A DNA stretch of 64,000 nucleotides from an uncultured delta proteobacterium (GTDB lineage Bacteria > Desulfobacterota > Desulfobacteria > Desulfobacterales > UBA2156): positions 228,559 to 292,558 of the forward strand of contig CAVOQY010000013.1 of NCBI GenBank assembly GCA_963698465.1, written 5' to 3'. The position numbers were made by a program, and so were the translations under genes. The notes beneath the pieces are model-generated. The model was given only the letters and a program-made list of their open reading frames with translations, was not told where the DNA came from and did not search any database. Every line of letters starts with the position of its first letter. Position 1 is the first letter of the stretch. Shown here piece after piece: positions 53,322 to 62,479 of the stretch.

Positions 53322-54710
53322 TTATCTTAAGAAGTGTTTAAGATTCATAAATTCATCATTTGCCTCTAGTTCTTGATTATCTAACACGTATCTTGCGTGA
53401 GGAACATTTTTTTTAAAATAAATGTCTTTTGTCCAATTTTCTTCATTTTTAATTGCCAGATCTTTTAATAGATGATTTAATCTTTGAGTGGATTTTTCGT
53501 AACCGGTATTCTTAATCGCCCAGTTTCGAGGATTGAATTGATTCAAATTTTCAAGCATATATATCATGACCTGTGCCAGTTCTTTATCGCTTGATAACAT
53601 GCCGGTTTCTTTATTGATATGGTCACGATTCACACCGCGGTTCTCTTTGGTCATAATAACGGGGATGTTTGAAAAAAAGCATTCATAGATTCCACGGTTT
53701 GCCCCTTCTTCTTTGCTCAGCAGGATGCCTATTTTTGATTTCTTCAATATTCGACTCACTTCGCAATATGGAATGCTTTCGTATATATCGATTTTATTTT
53801 CAATGCCAAACTTCCGGCTTATTTTCTTGATATTCTCTATAGTCGCCCCTTCAGTCGGATACCCTATTAAAGCAACTTTATTTATTTGAGATTCAATTTC
53901 TGATATGGCCTTGAATAGTAATAAATGGCGTTTCCATGGGAGCCAGTTTGCAATCATAACACAATCATATTGTTTTTCGATATTTTCATCAGGATAAAAT
54001 AGTCGAGGATCAATCCAATCTCCGGCACCCACGCGTATGGGAATGAAATTCATCCCCAAGTTTCTAATATATTGAAAATCAGGTTTAAATTGAGATTGAA
54101 ATACAATTTCGGTATTTAACCCGTATAACAAAAAAAACATCGGATTCTGATAATCGCATGTGCTCGGTTCAACTACTATCCTGTATGAACTTGAAATCAT
54201 CTCGACATCATATATCGAGACGAACTTTTTAATCCCTTCATTATATTGGATGAACAACACTCCTTTTTCTACATTGTTGATTTTCGGTTTAAGAACTAGA
54301 AGATCTCCCTGCCTTCTTGGATCATCATTTCTTCTGGGATATTTCATCCTGACCAGAAAAGAATACCCGTAATCTGAAAATATTTTTCGATACGACTTAG
54401 CTTCCTCTGAAAGAATAAAACTCGTTAATAAAGATTTTTTATTGACAATAAATTGTACTACAAATTTACGAAAAATATTATAGTATAAACTCGGGATTTT
54501 ATTTTTTTGTGAAAATGGTTCTATATCACGCCTAAATCGTAGAAGCGACTTTAATGCCATATAATGGTTGTTTAAAAGTTTAAGATAATAAAAATAGAAA
54601 ATTATCATGACCCAAAAAAAAATAATTCTTATGACATAAATTTTAAGGAATACCTTCTTTCTTTCAAAGATAAAATATCTGAATTTTTCAAAAGCCATTG
54701 AAAGGTTCAT
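53322..54710 (-). CDS. Membrane-anchored GT-B fold glycosyltransferase (GT4-like C-terminal domain)
   Basis: 462 aa with an N-terminal TM. 'YDCVMIANWLPWKRH', 'ILLSKEEGANRGIYECFFSNIPVIMT' (EX7E-like). Roughly 33% GC by eye. Confidence 0.55.
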   Translation of the reverse strand: MNLSMAFEKFRYFIFERKKVFLKIYVIRIIFFWVMIIFYFYYLKLLNNHYMALKSLLRFRRDIEPFSQKNKIPSLYYNIFRKFVVQFIVNKKSLLTSFILSEEAKSYRKIFSDYGYSFLVRMKYPRRNDDPRRQGDLLVLKPKINNVEKGVLFIQYNEGIKKFVSIYDVEMISSSYRIVVEPSTCDYQNPMFFLLYGLNTEIVFQSQFKPDFQYIRNLGMNFIPIRVGAGDWIDPRLFYPDENIEKQYDCVMIANWLPWKRHLLLFKAISEIESQINKVALIGYPTEGATIENIKKISRKFGIENKIDIYESIPYCEVSRILKKSKIGILLSKEEGANRGIYECFFSNIPVIMTKENRGVNRDHINKETGMLSSDKELAQVMIYMLENLNQFNPRNWAIKNTGYEKSTQRLNHLLKDLAIKNEENWTKDIYFKKNVPHARYVLDNQELEANDEFMNLKHFLR

Positions 54711-54717
54711 AAATCTG

Positions 54718-57117
54718 CTATTCTTTCGCTTTTATACCTCTAATTTGGCAATCAGATATCTTATAAATTCCGGGGACGTTTCCTGGATCGAATCGAATTT
54801 GGCCTATAACTTCGTCCGTCGGCAGGAAAAAATATAACTCATTTATGCCTTTTTTGATCCTTTTTTTAATGCTCGTTTTTTCATTAAAATAAGAAGCATC
54901 TTTTGTTTTGTAAAAAAGTTGTGCCGTCGTCTCAACGGGACTAGAAAGCACAACTTTCAAAATACTCGAAGAAAAATTTCCAACTTCAAGTTTTGGAAAT
55001 AGGAGTTGCGGATCCTCACCGAAAACTGCAAGTGTTAACAAATTATTATTAAAAGACATTACAATATGGTTGGAAGGCGTTACTTCTTTGGATGCGCTTA
55101 ATGACATAAGTATCTTATCGGACGAATCAAAGTGCCATTTTAAATTTCGATGAAATATGTGGCGGTTTCCGCCTGAAAGCCATTGTTTATCAGGCTCTGG
55201 GACATGCTCATAAACACCTTCACAGGCATAAATCATACAAGGCCAATTCAAGTTTTGAAAATTCGTATTATAAATTGGTTTTCCGAGATTTTGTTTTGTA
55301 TAACGCAAATGTCGAAATCGTTTTCCAGACATCATCAGGCGCCAAGTCAATGGATATTCAGGACTATCTCCTCCCATGATTAGCCCTATCCGATTACAAT
55401 TTAGCTCCTTAGCTTTGTCTATGAACGAGTCGTGTATGTCTTTCAGCCCGGCATTATTGTAATATTCTGGTATACGACTCGGTATCTCTCCCCAGAAATA
55501 ATGAGGAATTAGAGTCCTTGCGGGCACTTTGCAGGCGATAAGGGCAGCATAGGCAAGTGATGGAAAAGCGGTGCATGCCAGTCCGATAGTCAATGTGCGT
55601 TTAAATGCCCGTCGATATCGGGACAGCACAGCGGCAAATGAAAAACTAAAGGGTAGAATATAGAAAAGCGGTATGTTGAGCCGCGTGATCCACCCTTGGT
55701 CTTTAACCACAATTCCAAAAAGTGCCCAGGCCGCAACCGGCGTCAGCGATAGCAGGAAATGGGGCCATGCCGCCGGAAATAAAAACAGAAAAATTGAAGA
55801 CAAGAGGGATAAGAAAGCAAGAGCCAGAAAGGCTAAAACCTGATAAGGGTTTCCAATCATGTCTTCTTGGAGATGAAATATATCTTTGGTGATGAGGCTG
55901 CCTTTGTAGCCGATGATTTTCAAGACTTCCCGGAGTTGATCCGGGAAGGGAATATTATGGGCGAGTATCCTAACCGGATTCCACATTCGGTCTGTTTCGT
56001 ATCTTGAAAAAAGTGGATAGGTGACCTGCGTGTTGAAATGATGCGCGTGTTTTCGATATACATCTGGCCCTGCTGTTATCCCGAAGGCGGTAAAAACGCA
56101 CAATGAGCCGGCAGCGAGCTTTTTCGGGACTCTGGTTTTCAGAATGGACTTCAGCTGAAAAAGCGCTCCGGAAAAAAGAATCGGCGCTGAAACAATCAAA
56201 GACGTCGGCTTGACTAAAAATCCACTGGCAACGCATATACCTATCAGGACGAATTCCGACAACTTCATCCTCCTGAAACTTCCGGAATAGAGCCGAGCGC
56301 CAGCAATCAATATGGCGGAGGTCATCAAAGCTGCCACCAGATCGTTTTTTGTGTTGGATGCCTCCATGACGGCTATCGGAGCTGTCGATGCAATAACGGC
56401 AATGAAAGGGATCCAGGGTCTAGGAAGCCTTAAAATCCTGCCGATATATGCCGTGGAAACAATTAAGGCGATATAGGCACTGAATTGGATAAAGTTGGCA
56501 CATGAGTCCGATTGCGTCATGATTTGGAAAAAAAGGATAAGGTATTCCGCGCCTGGGCCCATGACATTCTGACGGTCGATAGGCGTCGGATAGTATTCAA
56601 TGCTTTTGTTTTGCATCCAATGAACAATCCTCGCCATATGGTACGTCAGACTGTCGTAATTATTCGGCGGATAGATCCAAGCAGCCAAACCGATGAGAAT
56701 CAATAGCGGCAGGAAAAGGTTGAGCCTCGGATTCTTCAAACCTTTTTTAATAAGACGATATAATTTTCTTAAATGATTGCCGATCGAGACCGGATTGGAA
56801 ATCAATATCCATAGCATCCACAAGATCAGGAGGCTAACATGACATCGAATCAGCCAATTTTTCTCTACCGCACCAAAAAGGCTCAAAATGTTTAACAATA
56901 CAGCCTCAACCGCAATCCATGCCGCAAAGGCAACAGCTACCGCGCCGCTCAGCGGAATTGGGCGTATCCGGATGATCATCTCCGAAAGTGCAAAAATAAT
57001 GGCCCCGGACAGGATGAGCGCTAAAAGGACTTCCAATTCTTCTCTTCCATTCGCTTTACGGGGCAGGATCCCGAACAAGGGAATGCCAGACGCCAAATTG
57101 AAAACAGCATTTGGCAA
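54718..57117 (-). CDS. GT-C fold polytopic glycosyltransferase with a C-terminal beta-rich module
   Basis: 799 aa; 'PPNNYDSLTYHMARIVHWMQNKSIEYY' first-loop motif and at least 11 TM helices. The C-terminal ~130 aa carry 'AQLFYKTKDASYFNEKTS' and 'IGQIRFDPGN'. The TTG start at 57117 is doubtful (62-nt overlap with the upstream gene). Confidence 0.7.
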   Translation of the reverse strand: MPNAVFNLASGIPLFGILPRKANGREELEVLLALILSGAIIFALSEMIIRIRPIPLSGAVAVAFAAWIAVEAVLLNILSLFGAVEKNWLIRCHVSLLILWMLWILISNPVSIGNHLRKLYRLIKKGLKNPRLNLFLPLLILIGLAAWIYPPNNYDSLTYHMARIVHWMQNKSIEYYPTPIDRQNVMGPGAEYLILFFQIMTQSDSCANFIQFSAYIALIVSTAYIGRILRLPRPWIPFIAVIASTAPIAVMEASNTKNDLVAALMTSAILIAGARLYSGSFRRMKLSEFVLIGICVASGFLVKPTSLIVSAPILFSGALFQLKSILKTRVPKKLAAGSLCVFTAFGITAGPDVYRKHAHHFNTQVTYPLFSRYETDRMWNPVRILAHNIPFPDQLREVLKIIGYKGSLITKDIFHLQEDMIGNPYQVLAFLALAFLSLLSSIFLFLFPAAWPHFLLSLTPVAAWALFGIVVKDQGWITRLNIPLFYILPFSFSFAAVLSRYRRAFKRTLTIGLACTAFPSLAYAALIACKVPARTLIPHYFWGEIPSRIPEYYNNAGLKDIHDSFIDKAKELNCNRIGLIMGGDSPEYPLTWRLMMSGKRFRHLRYTKQNLGKPIYNTNFQNLNWPCMIYACEGVYEHVPEPDKQWLSGGNRHIFHRNLKWHFDSSDKILMSLSASKEVTPSNHIVMSFNNNLLTLAVFGEDPQLLFPKLEVGNFSSSILKVVLSSPVETTAQLFYKTKDASYFNEKTSIKKRIKKGINELYFFLPTDEVIGQIRFDPGNVPGIYKISDCQIRGIKAKE

Positions 57118-57970
57118 TGAATATCATCGGGATAAACAGCAAAAATTTCATAACCGAATCTCTTTGCTCGATCATCTGTAAAAAGGATACTGCAAAAGCA
57201 TAGAAGGGAATGAGAAGCCAGTATCGCCATGGAGAGCCCATCTTCACGGAGATCTTTGCCAGGAATGACAGCCGCTCAAAGTGGGCTCTTTGGACAGCCA
57301 GACTGCTATAAAACCCAGATCGATAGGCTTGTTTTAAAATGCCCTGGATCGATCCCCTCCGATGATCGTGCAACACTTCTACATCGGGATTAAAGGCGCA
57401 TTTCCATCCGTTTCGTTGAAGCCGAAAATTAAAATCCCAGTCTTCCGATGCAAATAAAACCTCATTGAAACCGCCGGACCCCTCGAATGCCTTTCGTCGA
57501 ATAACCAGTGCCGCCGATCCGATGTCTCGATAGGAAAACCTGCTATGCTGGTACGTTCCGAACAACGCATAGTCGGCGCATCGATGCCAGAAGCCGGGAT
57601 TTGCGCTGACCACCCGGCATCCGACAGCGCCTATCGCCTCCTCGTAATAGAACACCTCGAGAGCCTTTTCCATCCATTTTACAGGAGGCAGGCAATCATC
57701 ATCAATGAAAAACAGGAATTCCCCCCGGCTCTCTCCTGCTCCGATATTCCGCATTTTTCCGGGAGGAAACACTTTTTTTGTTGGAACGACTTTAAGAGGT
57801 ATCAGCGGATATATATTGAAATCATCAAACTCCGGTGTGACTAATATTATTTCATAATGCTTTAGGTCTAAGGTTTGTAAAGCCAAAGAGGAAATCGTAC
57901 GATATACACAGTCTTTCCTTGCTGATGGAATAACAATACTGGCAAGAATTCTTTCATTCTCATTTTTCAT
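57056..57970 (-). CDS. GT2 glycosyltransferase
   Basis: Start taken at ATG 57970 ('MKNENERILASIVIPSARKD'), forming an ATGA overlap with the upstream stop. 'EIILVTPE', 'FLFFIDDDCLPP'. 304 aa. Confidence 0.8.
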   Translation of the reverse strand: MKNENERILASIVIPSARKDCVYRTISSLALQTLDLKHYEIILVTPEFDDFNIYPLIPLKVVPTKKVFPPGKMRNIGAGESRGEFLFFIDDDCLPPVKWMEKALEVFYYEEAIGAVGCRVVSANPGFWHRCADYALFGTYQHSRFSYRDIGSAALVIRRKAFEGSGGFNEVLFASEDWDFNFRLQRNGWKCAFNPDVEVLHDHRRGSIQGILKQAYRSGFYSSLAVQRAHFERLSFLAKISVKMGSPWRYWLLIPFYAFAVSFLQMIEQRDSVMKFLLFIPMIFIAKCCFQFGVWHSLVRDPAP

Positions 57971-58926
57971 CGGCCATCCTTGCGGTTCATTGACCAATAA
58001 AAAAACCCCGATAAAAATCCAATAACATAGCACCAGTATATCCTTCCACGGATGATCTTGTCTTTATTTGACGCTATGCCAAATGCATCGATCACATTAC
58101 GGATCATGCGTTCTGTCATGCCATACTCACTGTATTGGACGGCTTGCTCCCTTCTGTTTCTTTTGCGGTTCGGACGGTTTTTCAGGGCACTGCGTTTTTG
58201 TATATAGTCTGAGACCCCTCCCCAAAAATAACGCCTAAAAAACCAGGCCGGCTGGTTTCGTTCCCGAGGAACAAAATGACGGATAGCTGCGTGAGGATTG
58301 TAATATAAGCTATATCCTTTAGCTTCAGCCCGCTGTTTAAGTTCCGTTTCCTCACCGGAGAGTAGAAAATCCTTACGCCCTAGTTGTTCATTGAATCCTT
58401 TCATTTCAGATAAAAAAGCCTTCGTGAAAAAACAATTTGCGCCGACCACTCGTTCGGATCCAGATATGAATCTTGGAGTATCCCCCAGATACAGCCTTCC
58501 TAAAGGTTTTGTAAGTTCTTCGTTCATCCATGAAGCAGGTTCTGACTCCCATTCCAAATGGATCGCCCCAGCTATCCATACCGGTTGCGGATGCACATTC
58601 GTAAAACAATCAAGGGCAATTTCAAGCCACTCTGGGGCAGCTGTGGCATCATCGTCAATATACCCTAAATAATCTGTTCGAACATTCTTCCACGCCAAGT
58701 TTCTAGAACGGGATAACCCAGTAACCGGTTCATGAAGCCAGTTAATTACATATTTTGTCTGATATTCCAATAGAATATCTTTAGTTTTGTCGGTGGATCC
58801 GTTGTCGATGACCAATATCTCATAATCTTTCCTCGGAAGCGACTGGTTCAAGAGACTGTCTAAGCATTTAGTAAGAAATCGGTCCCTGTTTCGGGTACAG
58901 ACAATCGCCGTGATGCTTGGTAACAT
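57967..58926 (-). CDS. GT2 glycosyltransferase
   Basis: 319 aa; 'ITAIVCTRNRDRFL', 'ILVIDNGSTDKT', 'YLGYIDDDA'. Confidence 0.85.
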   Translation of the reverse strand: MLPSITAIVCTRNRDRFLTKCLDSLLNQSLPRKDYEILVIDNGSTDKTKDILLEYQTKYVINWLHEPVTGLSRSRNLAWKNVRTDYLGYIDDDATAAPEWLEIALDCFTNVHPQPVWIAGAIHLEWESEPASWMNEELTKPLGRLYLGDTPRFISGSERVVGANCFFTKAFLSEMKGFNEQLGRKDFLLSGEETELKQRAEAKGYSLYYNPHAAIRHFVPRERNQPAWFFRRYFWGGVSDYIQKRSALKNRPNRKRNRREQAVQYSEYGMTERMIRNVIDAFGIASNKDKIIRGRIYWCYVIGFLSGFFYWSMNRKDGR

Positions 58927-58979
58927 GATGGTCTTAGCTGAGTTATTAACTATTGTTTGGGGAAGGTTGTTTTTTCTGT

Positions 58980-60155
58980 TTAAAGTTTAAGTGTGGATTG
59001 TTCAGATTTCTTCCAATCCAGCACATGAGCTTCTAAAGCACCCGCCCCTTTCCAGTAGACGGCGTTTCCACAACAAAGGCATTCGGGAACGATTTCCTCT
59101 CTTTCCCGACCACTGTTAGTGCGGCGAAGGGCCTGCCAGAAAGAATTATTCCAGAATTCCATCACCGGCTGTTCCAGTATATTTCCGCTTATGTACTGGC
59201 ACGAGTTTATTTTGTTCATAAATTGAATTTCGCTTGCCGGACAAGGATACACATCCCCATTGAAGTTGATGAAAAGCGAACGCCATGGCTCGATGCAGTC
59301 TCGATTAAAAGATTTTGAATCTGAAAAAAGAGGGCTATGTTTAAATTCAATTCCAAGCCTCTGTGATAGAACTTTGGCTTCCTTCAGAATTTGATCGCTA
59401 TGCTCCTGACAATAAAACAAGGAGTCTTCGCGTTGTATCTGGGCTGCGACGTTCGACCGCCTACGATAAGCATCCGGATAAATGCGAACATACAAGGCCT
59501 TAACGCCATCAATCCCTACCTTCGAGGCTAGTTTTATAAAATCACTAAGCTCATCAATGTTTTGACGCATCAAAATCATGGATATGGAAATGTTGACAGT
59601 GGCTCTCACCCTCTTTCTTAGCCGAACAATAAGCCGCAGGTTATCCATAACCTGTTCAAAACGATTCATGCCTGATATGACCCGAAATGTCTCCGGAAAT
59701 GCTGCATTTATTGAACATAGAAAATGAGATCGAGATTTGAGTAGTCTCATATAGGTTGTTTCATCGCCATGGAGAGCGTTGGTGATAACGGTATGCTGAA
59801 TGATTGGATCCAGAGCCCTGGTGTATTCGGAAATTTCAGCCAACTCTGGATTCATAAAAGGCTCCCCGCCACCTCCGTAAATTACATCCACGACCTCATG
59901 GATATTCAAGTGGTCATAGATTGTTTTAACTTTCTCGAGGGTTAGCATATCGCATGAGCCTTTGGCCTTGTAATCATGACCGCACATGATGCATTGGGAA
60001 TTGCAGGTATCAGCCATCATTAAATTGAGGGAACTCGGACCAAAAGACAAATTCGTCTCGCCATTCATAGCCGCTTTTTTTACTCGCGTGTAGTTTTTAC
60101 GCAACCGCATTAGAGAGGCTATGCGAACATAATAATCTTTAAGCATGTTTATCAT
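58980..60155 (-). CDS. Radical SAM enzyme with a SPASM/twitch-like Cys-rich C-terminus
   Basis: 391 aa; 'MADTCNSQCIMCGH' (CX3CX2C), 'VIYGGGGEPFMNP'. C-terminal 'CIEPW..GDVYPCP' and 'CLCCGN'. Confidence 0.8.
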   Translation of the reverse strand: MINMLKDYYVRIASLMRLRKNYTRVKKAAMNGETNLSFGPSSLNLMMADTCNSQCIMCGHDYKAKGSCDMLTLEKVKTIYDHLNIHEVVDVIYGGGGEPFMNPELAEISEYTRALDPIIQHTVITNALHGDETTYMRLLKSRSHFLCSINAAFPETFRVISGMNRFEQVMDNLRLIVRLRKRVRATVNISISMILMRQNIDELSDFIKLASKVGIDGVKALYVRIYPDAYRRRSNVAAQIQREDSLFYCQEHSDQILKEAKVLSQRLGIEFKHSPLFSDSKSFNRDCIEPWRSLFINFNGDVYPCPASEIQFMNKINSCQYISGNILEQPVMEFWNNSFWQALRRTNSGREREEIVPECLCCGNAVYWKGAGALEAHVLDWKKSEQSTLKL

Positions 60156-61182
60156 GATAGCATATTTTTTTATGCCGCAGCATATGCCAGATTATACTGA
60201 GAAGCCAGCGACGGTACTCATCCAAAGCTGGGACGTATCCTTTTGAAAGAGGTGATTTTCTCCAGGCATGCCATATCTCTATTCCCAAGTTGCTGCTGTT
60301 TCGGCAAAGCCTAAACCATACCATGCCAGCGGCTAGAGCCATACCTTTTAGGCAATATATCCCAGAATCAATGCCTGCTTTGACAACAGTTTTAATCCAG
60401 ATTTCGGCGTGATTAATTTCATTCAGACAACGCATACGTCGGCCACGTCCTATATGATGATGAAAGCGAGTTCCCTCATCATTGACTAAAATTCCGATAC
60501 GTTTCAAATGGCCTTTCAATATTTCTAAGGTCTGACGGGTCATGGTCTCTTGTTTCGTTGTGGTTATGCTTCCGCCATGAATACGCATATTCAGCAAAAC
60601 TATCGGAAGGTTGTCTATCCTGCAGCATTCCGCCGCTCGACTCCAAAGCTCATAGTCTTCTGCCCTGTCGAATGCCGTGTCATACCGGAGACTATTTCTT
60701 TCCAGTACGGATTTTCTCAGCATGACCGTGGGATGAAACAAGGTGTTATCAAAAACAAGACCTGCCCTCACGGCTTCATGTCCCACAGGCTTACGTTCGA
60801 TTACGCCAGGCTGGTCACCAAAGAGGCGAATCCATGTTCCAAGAATGCCGGTTTCCGTGTTTTTTTCTAAATAAGCTACCTGCTTGGCCAATCTCTCTGG
60901 GTGGGCTTTATCATCAGCATCCATACGTGCGATGTACGTTCCCCTAGCTATTTCTAACCCTCGATTCAAGGTTAGAGCAACGCCTAGATGATGTGGATTA
61001 TGTATTAAGCGAATGCGTTGATCAAAGAAACTTTTAACTATTTCAACACTGTTATCGTTAGAACCATCATTAATAATGAGCAGTTCATAATCCCTAAATC
61101 CCTGTTCTAAAATGCTTTGAATACTTCGCGTTAAAAATTCTGCAGAATTTCGAACCGGCATAAGAACTGTCACTTTGGGCAT
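60139..61182 (-). CDS. GT2 glycosyltransferase
   Basis: 347 aa; 'VTVLMPVRNSAEFL', 'LLIINDGSNDNS', 'IARMDADDKAHPERL'. Confidence 0.85.
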   Translation of the reverse strand: MPKVTVLMPVRNSAEFLTRSIQSILEQGFRDYELLIINDGSNDNSVEIVKSFFDQRIRLIHNPHHLGVALTLNRGLEIARGTYIARMDADDKAHPERLAKQVAYLEKNTETGILGTWIRLFGDQPGVIERKPVGHEAVRAGLVFDNTLFHPTVMLRKSVLERNSLRYDTAFDRAEDYELWSRAAECCRIDNLPIVLLNMRIHGGSITTTKQETMTRQTLEILKGHLKRIGILVNDEGTRFHHHIGRGRRMRCLNEINHAEIWIKTVVKAGIDSGIYCLKGMALAAGMVWFRLCRNSSNLGIEIWHAWRKSPLSKGYVPALDEYRRWLLSIIWHMLRHKKICYHDKHA

Positions 61183-61233
61183 GCAATCATCCTACAGAAA
61201 GAAACAGAATCTCTAAATAAGTTCTTAGCCATT

Positions 61234-62430
61234 TCATACACTTTTTAACGGATTATTTTGCTCTTCTTCTAACAATTTATTAAAAACATCTTTATGCCTA
61301 ATAAGCCATTTATCAACACCAAAAAACCTTACCGCTCTCTTCCTGGCAGCCTCTATAAAGAATTCCTTTCTCTGTAGGACCGTACCTACTGCATTTGCCA
61401 TGGCTTCTGGATCTGGTGGAAAGATTTTATCCCAATCAGAGGCATTCGGAATGCCGATGCCTCCGTCCTCACCGACAAGTTCTTTTGTCCCTCCGCTGTC
61501 GGAGTAGACCACGGGGAGGCCACATGCCATGGCTTCGATGACAACTGATGGACAAACGTCGTTGCTTTGAGTATGTATTAAGATATCAGCTTGATGATAT
61601 AAACCGACAGCATCTTCCTGCGAATAGGGCCCTTTGATTTCAAGGGCCTTTTCATCCAGATTGAGGGCTTGACATTCCTCGTGAATATCTTTTAGCATTT
61701 GATTGCTTTCCCTGCCCCAGCGTAGAACACCAGCTAATACAAGTCGAGCATTGTCCCATCGACGTTTCACGAGCGATAGAATTTTTAGTGCGGTTTCCAC
61801 ACGATAATACTCGCTATGGTAACCTGCTAACAATAGAACAGGCAAGCTGTCATTTCTTTTCTGATTCGCGGGTTTATACCGACGAGTGTCTACAGCATTA
61901 TAGAGAATCTCATAGTTTTTATCTCTAGCAATTAGAAATCTATCTGCACTTATTTTTGCAAATCGACTCTGATAGAATACGTAATCTGCCAAAGACAGGA
62001 CTTCAGATAATCTATCGTTGTGCTTTTGCCACCCATTAGGAAGCCAGGCTGGATAGCCAACACCATTCTGATTTAGCACTATCTTTATGCCTGCTCTTGT
62101 AGCCTCTTTTGCCAAAATTGTCGCATGGAATGGCAGTGCGCTGCTGATCAGATAGAGGATATTAGCACTGGCGGGGTTGTTCGGGTAACGTTCGTGCAGT
62201 AACTGAGTTTTAACGAGTCCGCCTGAAACTGTTTCAATATTTTTTGGTATAGTACTGAACCCATAACTAAGGCGAGGAAAGTCGTAAATTGTTTGTGAAT
62301 TCACATAAAAACGGCGCTGATTATACCATACAATTATTCCTATGAATTTTTGACATATACTATAAATAAAACTTTTTATAAGATATAATTTTTCGGATTT
62401 TTTAAAAGCGTCTTGAAATTGGTATTTCAT
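61234..62430 (-). CDS. GT4 (GT-B fold) glycosyltransferase
   Basis: 398 aa; 'DVCPSVVIEAMACGLPVVYSDSGGTKELV' (EX7E region). Confidence 0.85.
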   Translation of the reverse strand: MKYQFQDAFKKSEKLYLIKSFIYSICQKFIGIIVWYNQRRFYVNSQTIYDFPRLSYGFSTIPKNIETVSGGLVKTQLLHERYPNNPASANILYLISSALPFHATILAKEATRAGIKIVLNQNGVGYPAWLPNGWQKHNDRLSEVLSLADYVFYQSRFAKISADRFLIARDKNYEILYNAVDTRRYKPANQKRNDSLPVLLLAGYHSEYYRVETALKILSLVKRRWDNARLVLAGVLRWGRESNQMLKDIHEECQALNLDEKALEIKGPYSQEDAVGLYHQADILIHTQSNDVCPSVVIEAMACGLPVVYSDSGGTKELVGEDGGIGIPNASDWDKIFPPDPEAMANAVGTVLQRKEFFIEAARKRAVRFFGVDKWLIRHKDVFNKLLEEEQNNPLKSV

Positions 62431-62479
62431 GTAAACTAAATGTATTTTGTCTATTTTATAAGGGCTACCACAACTATAA

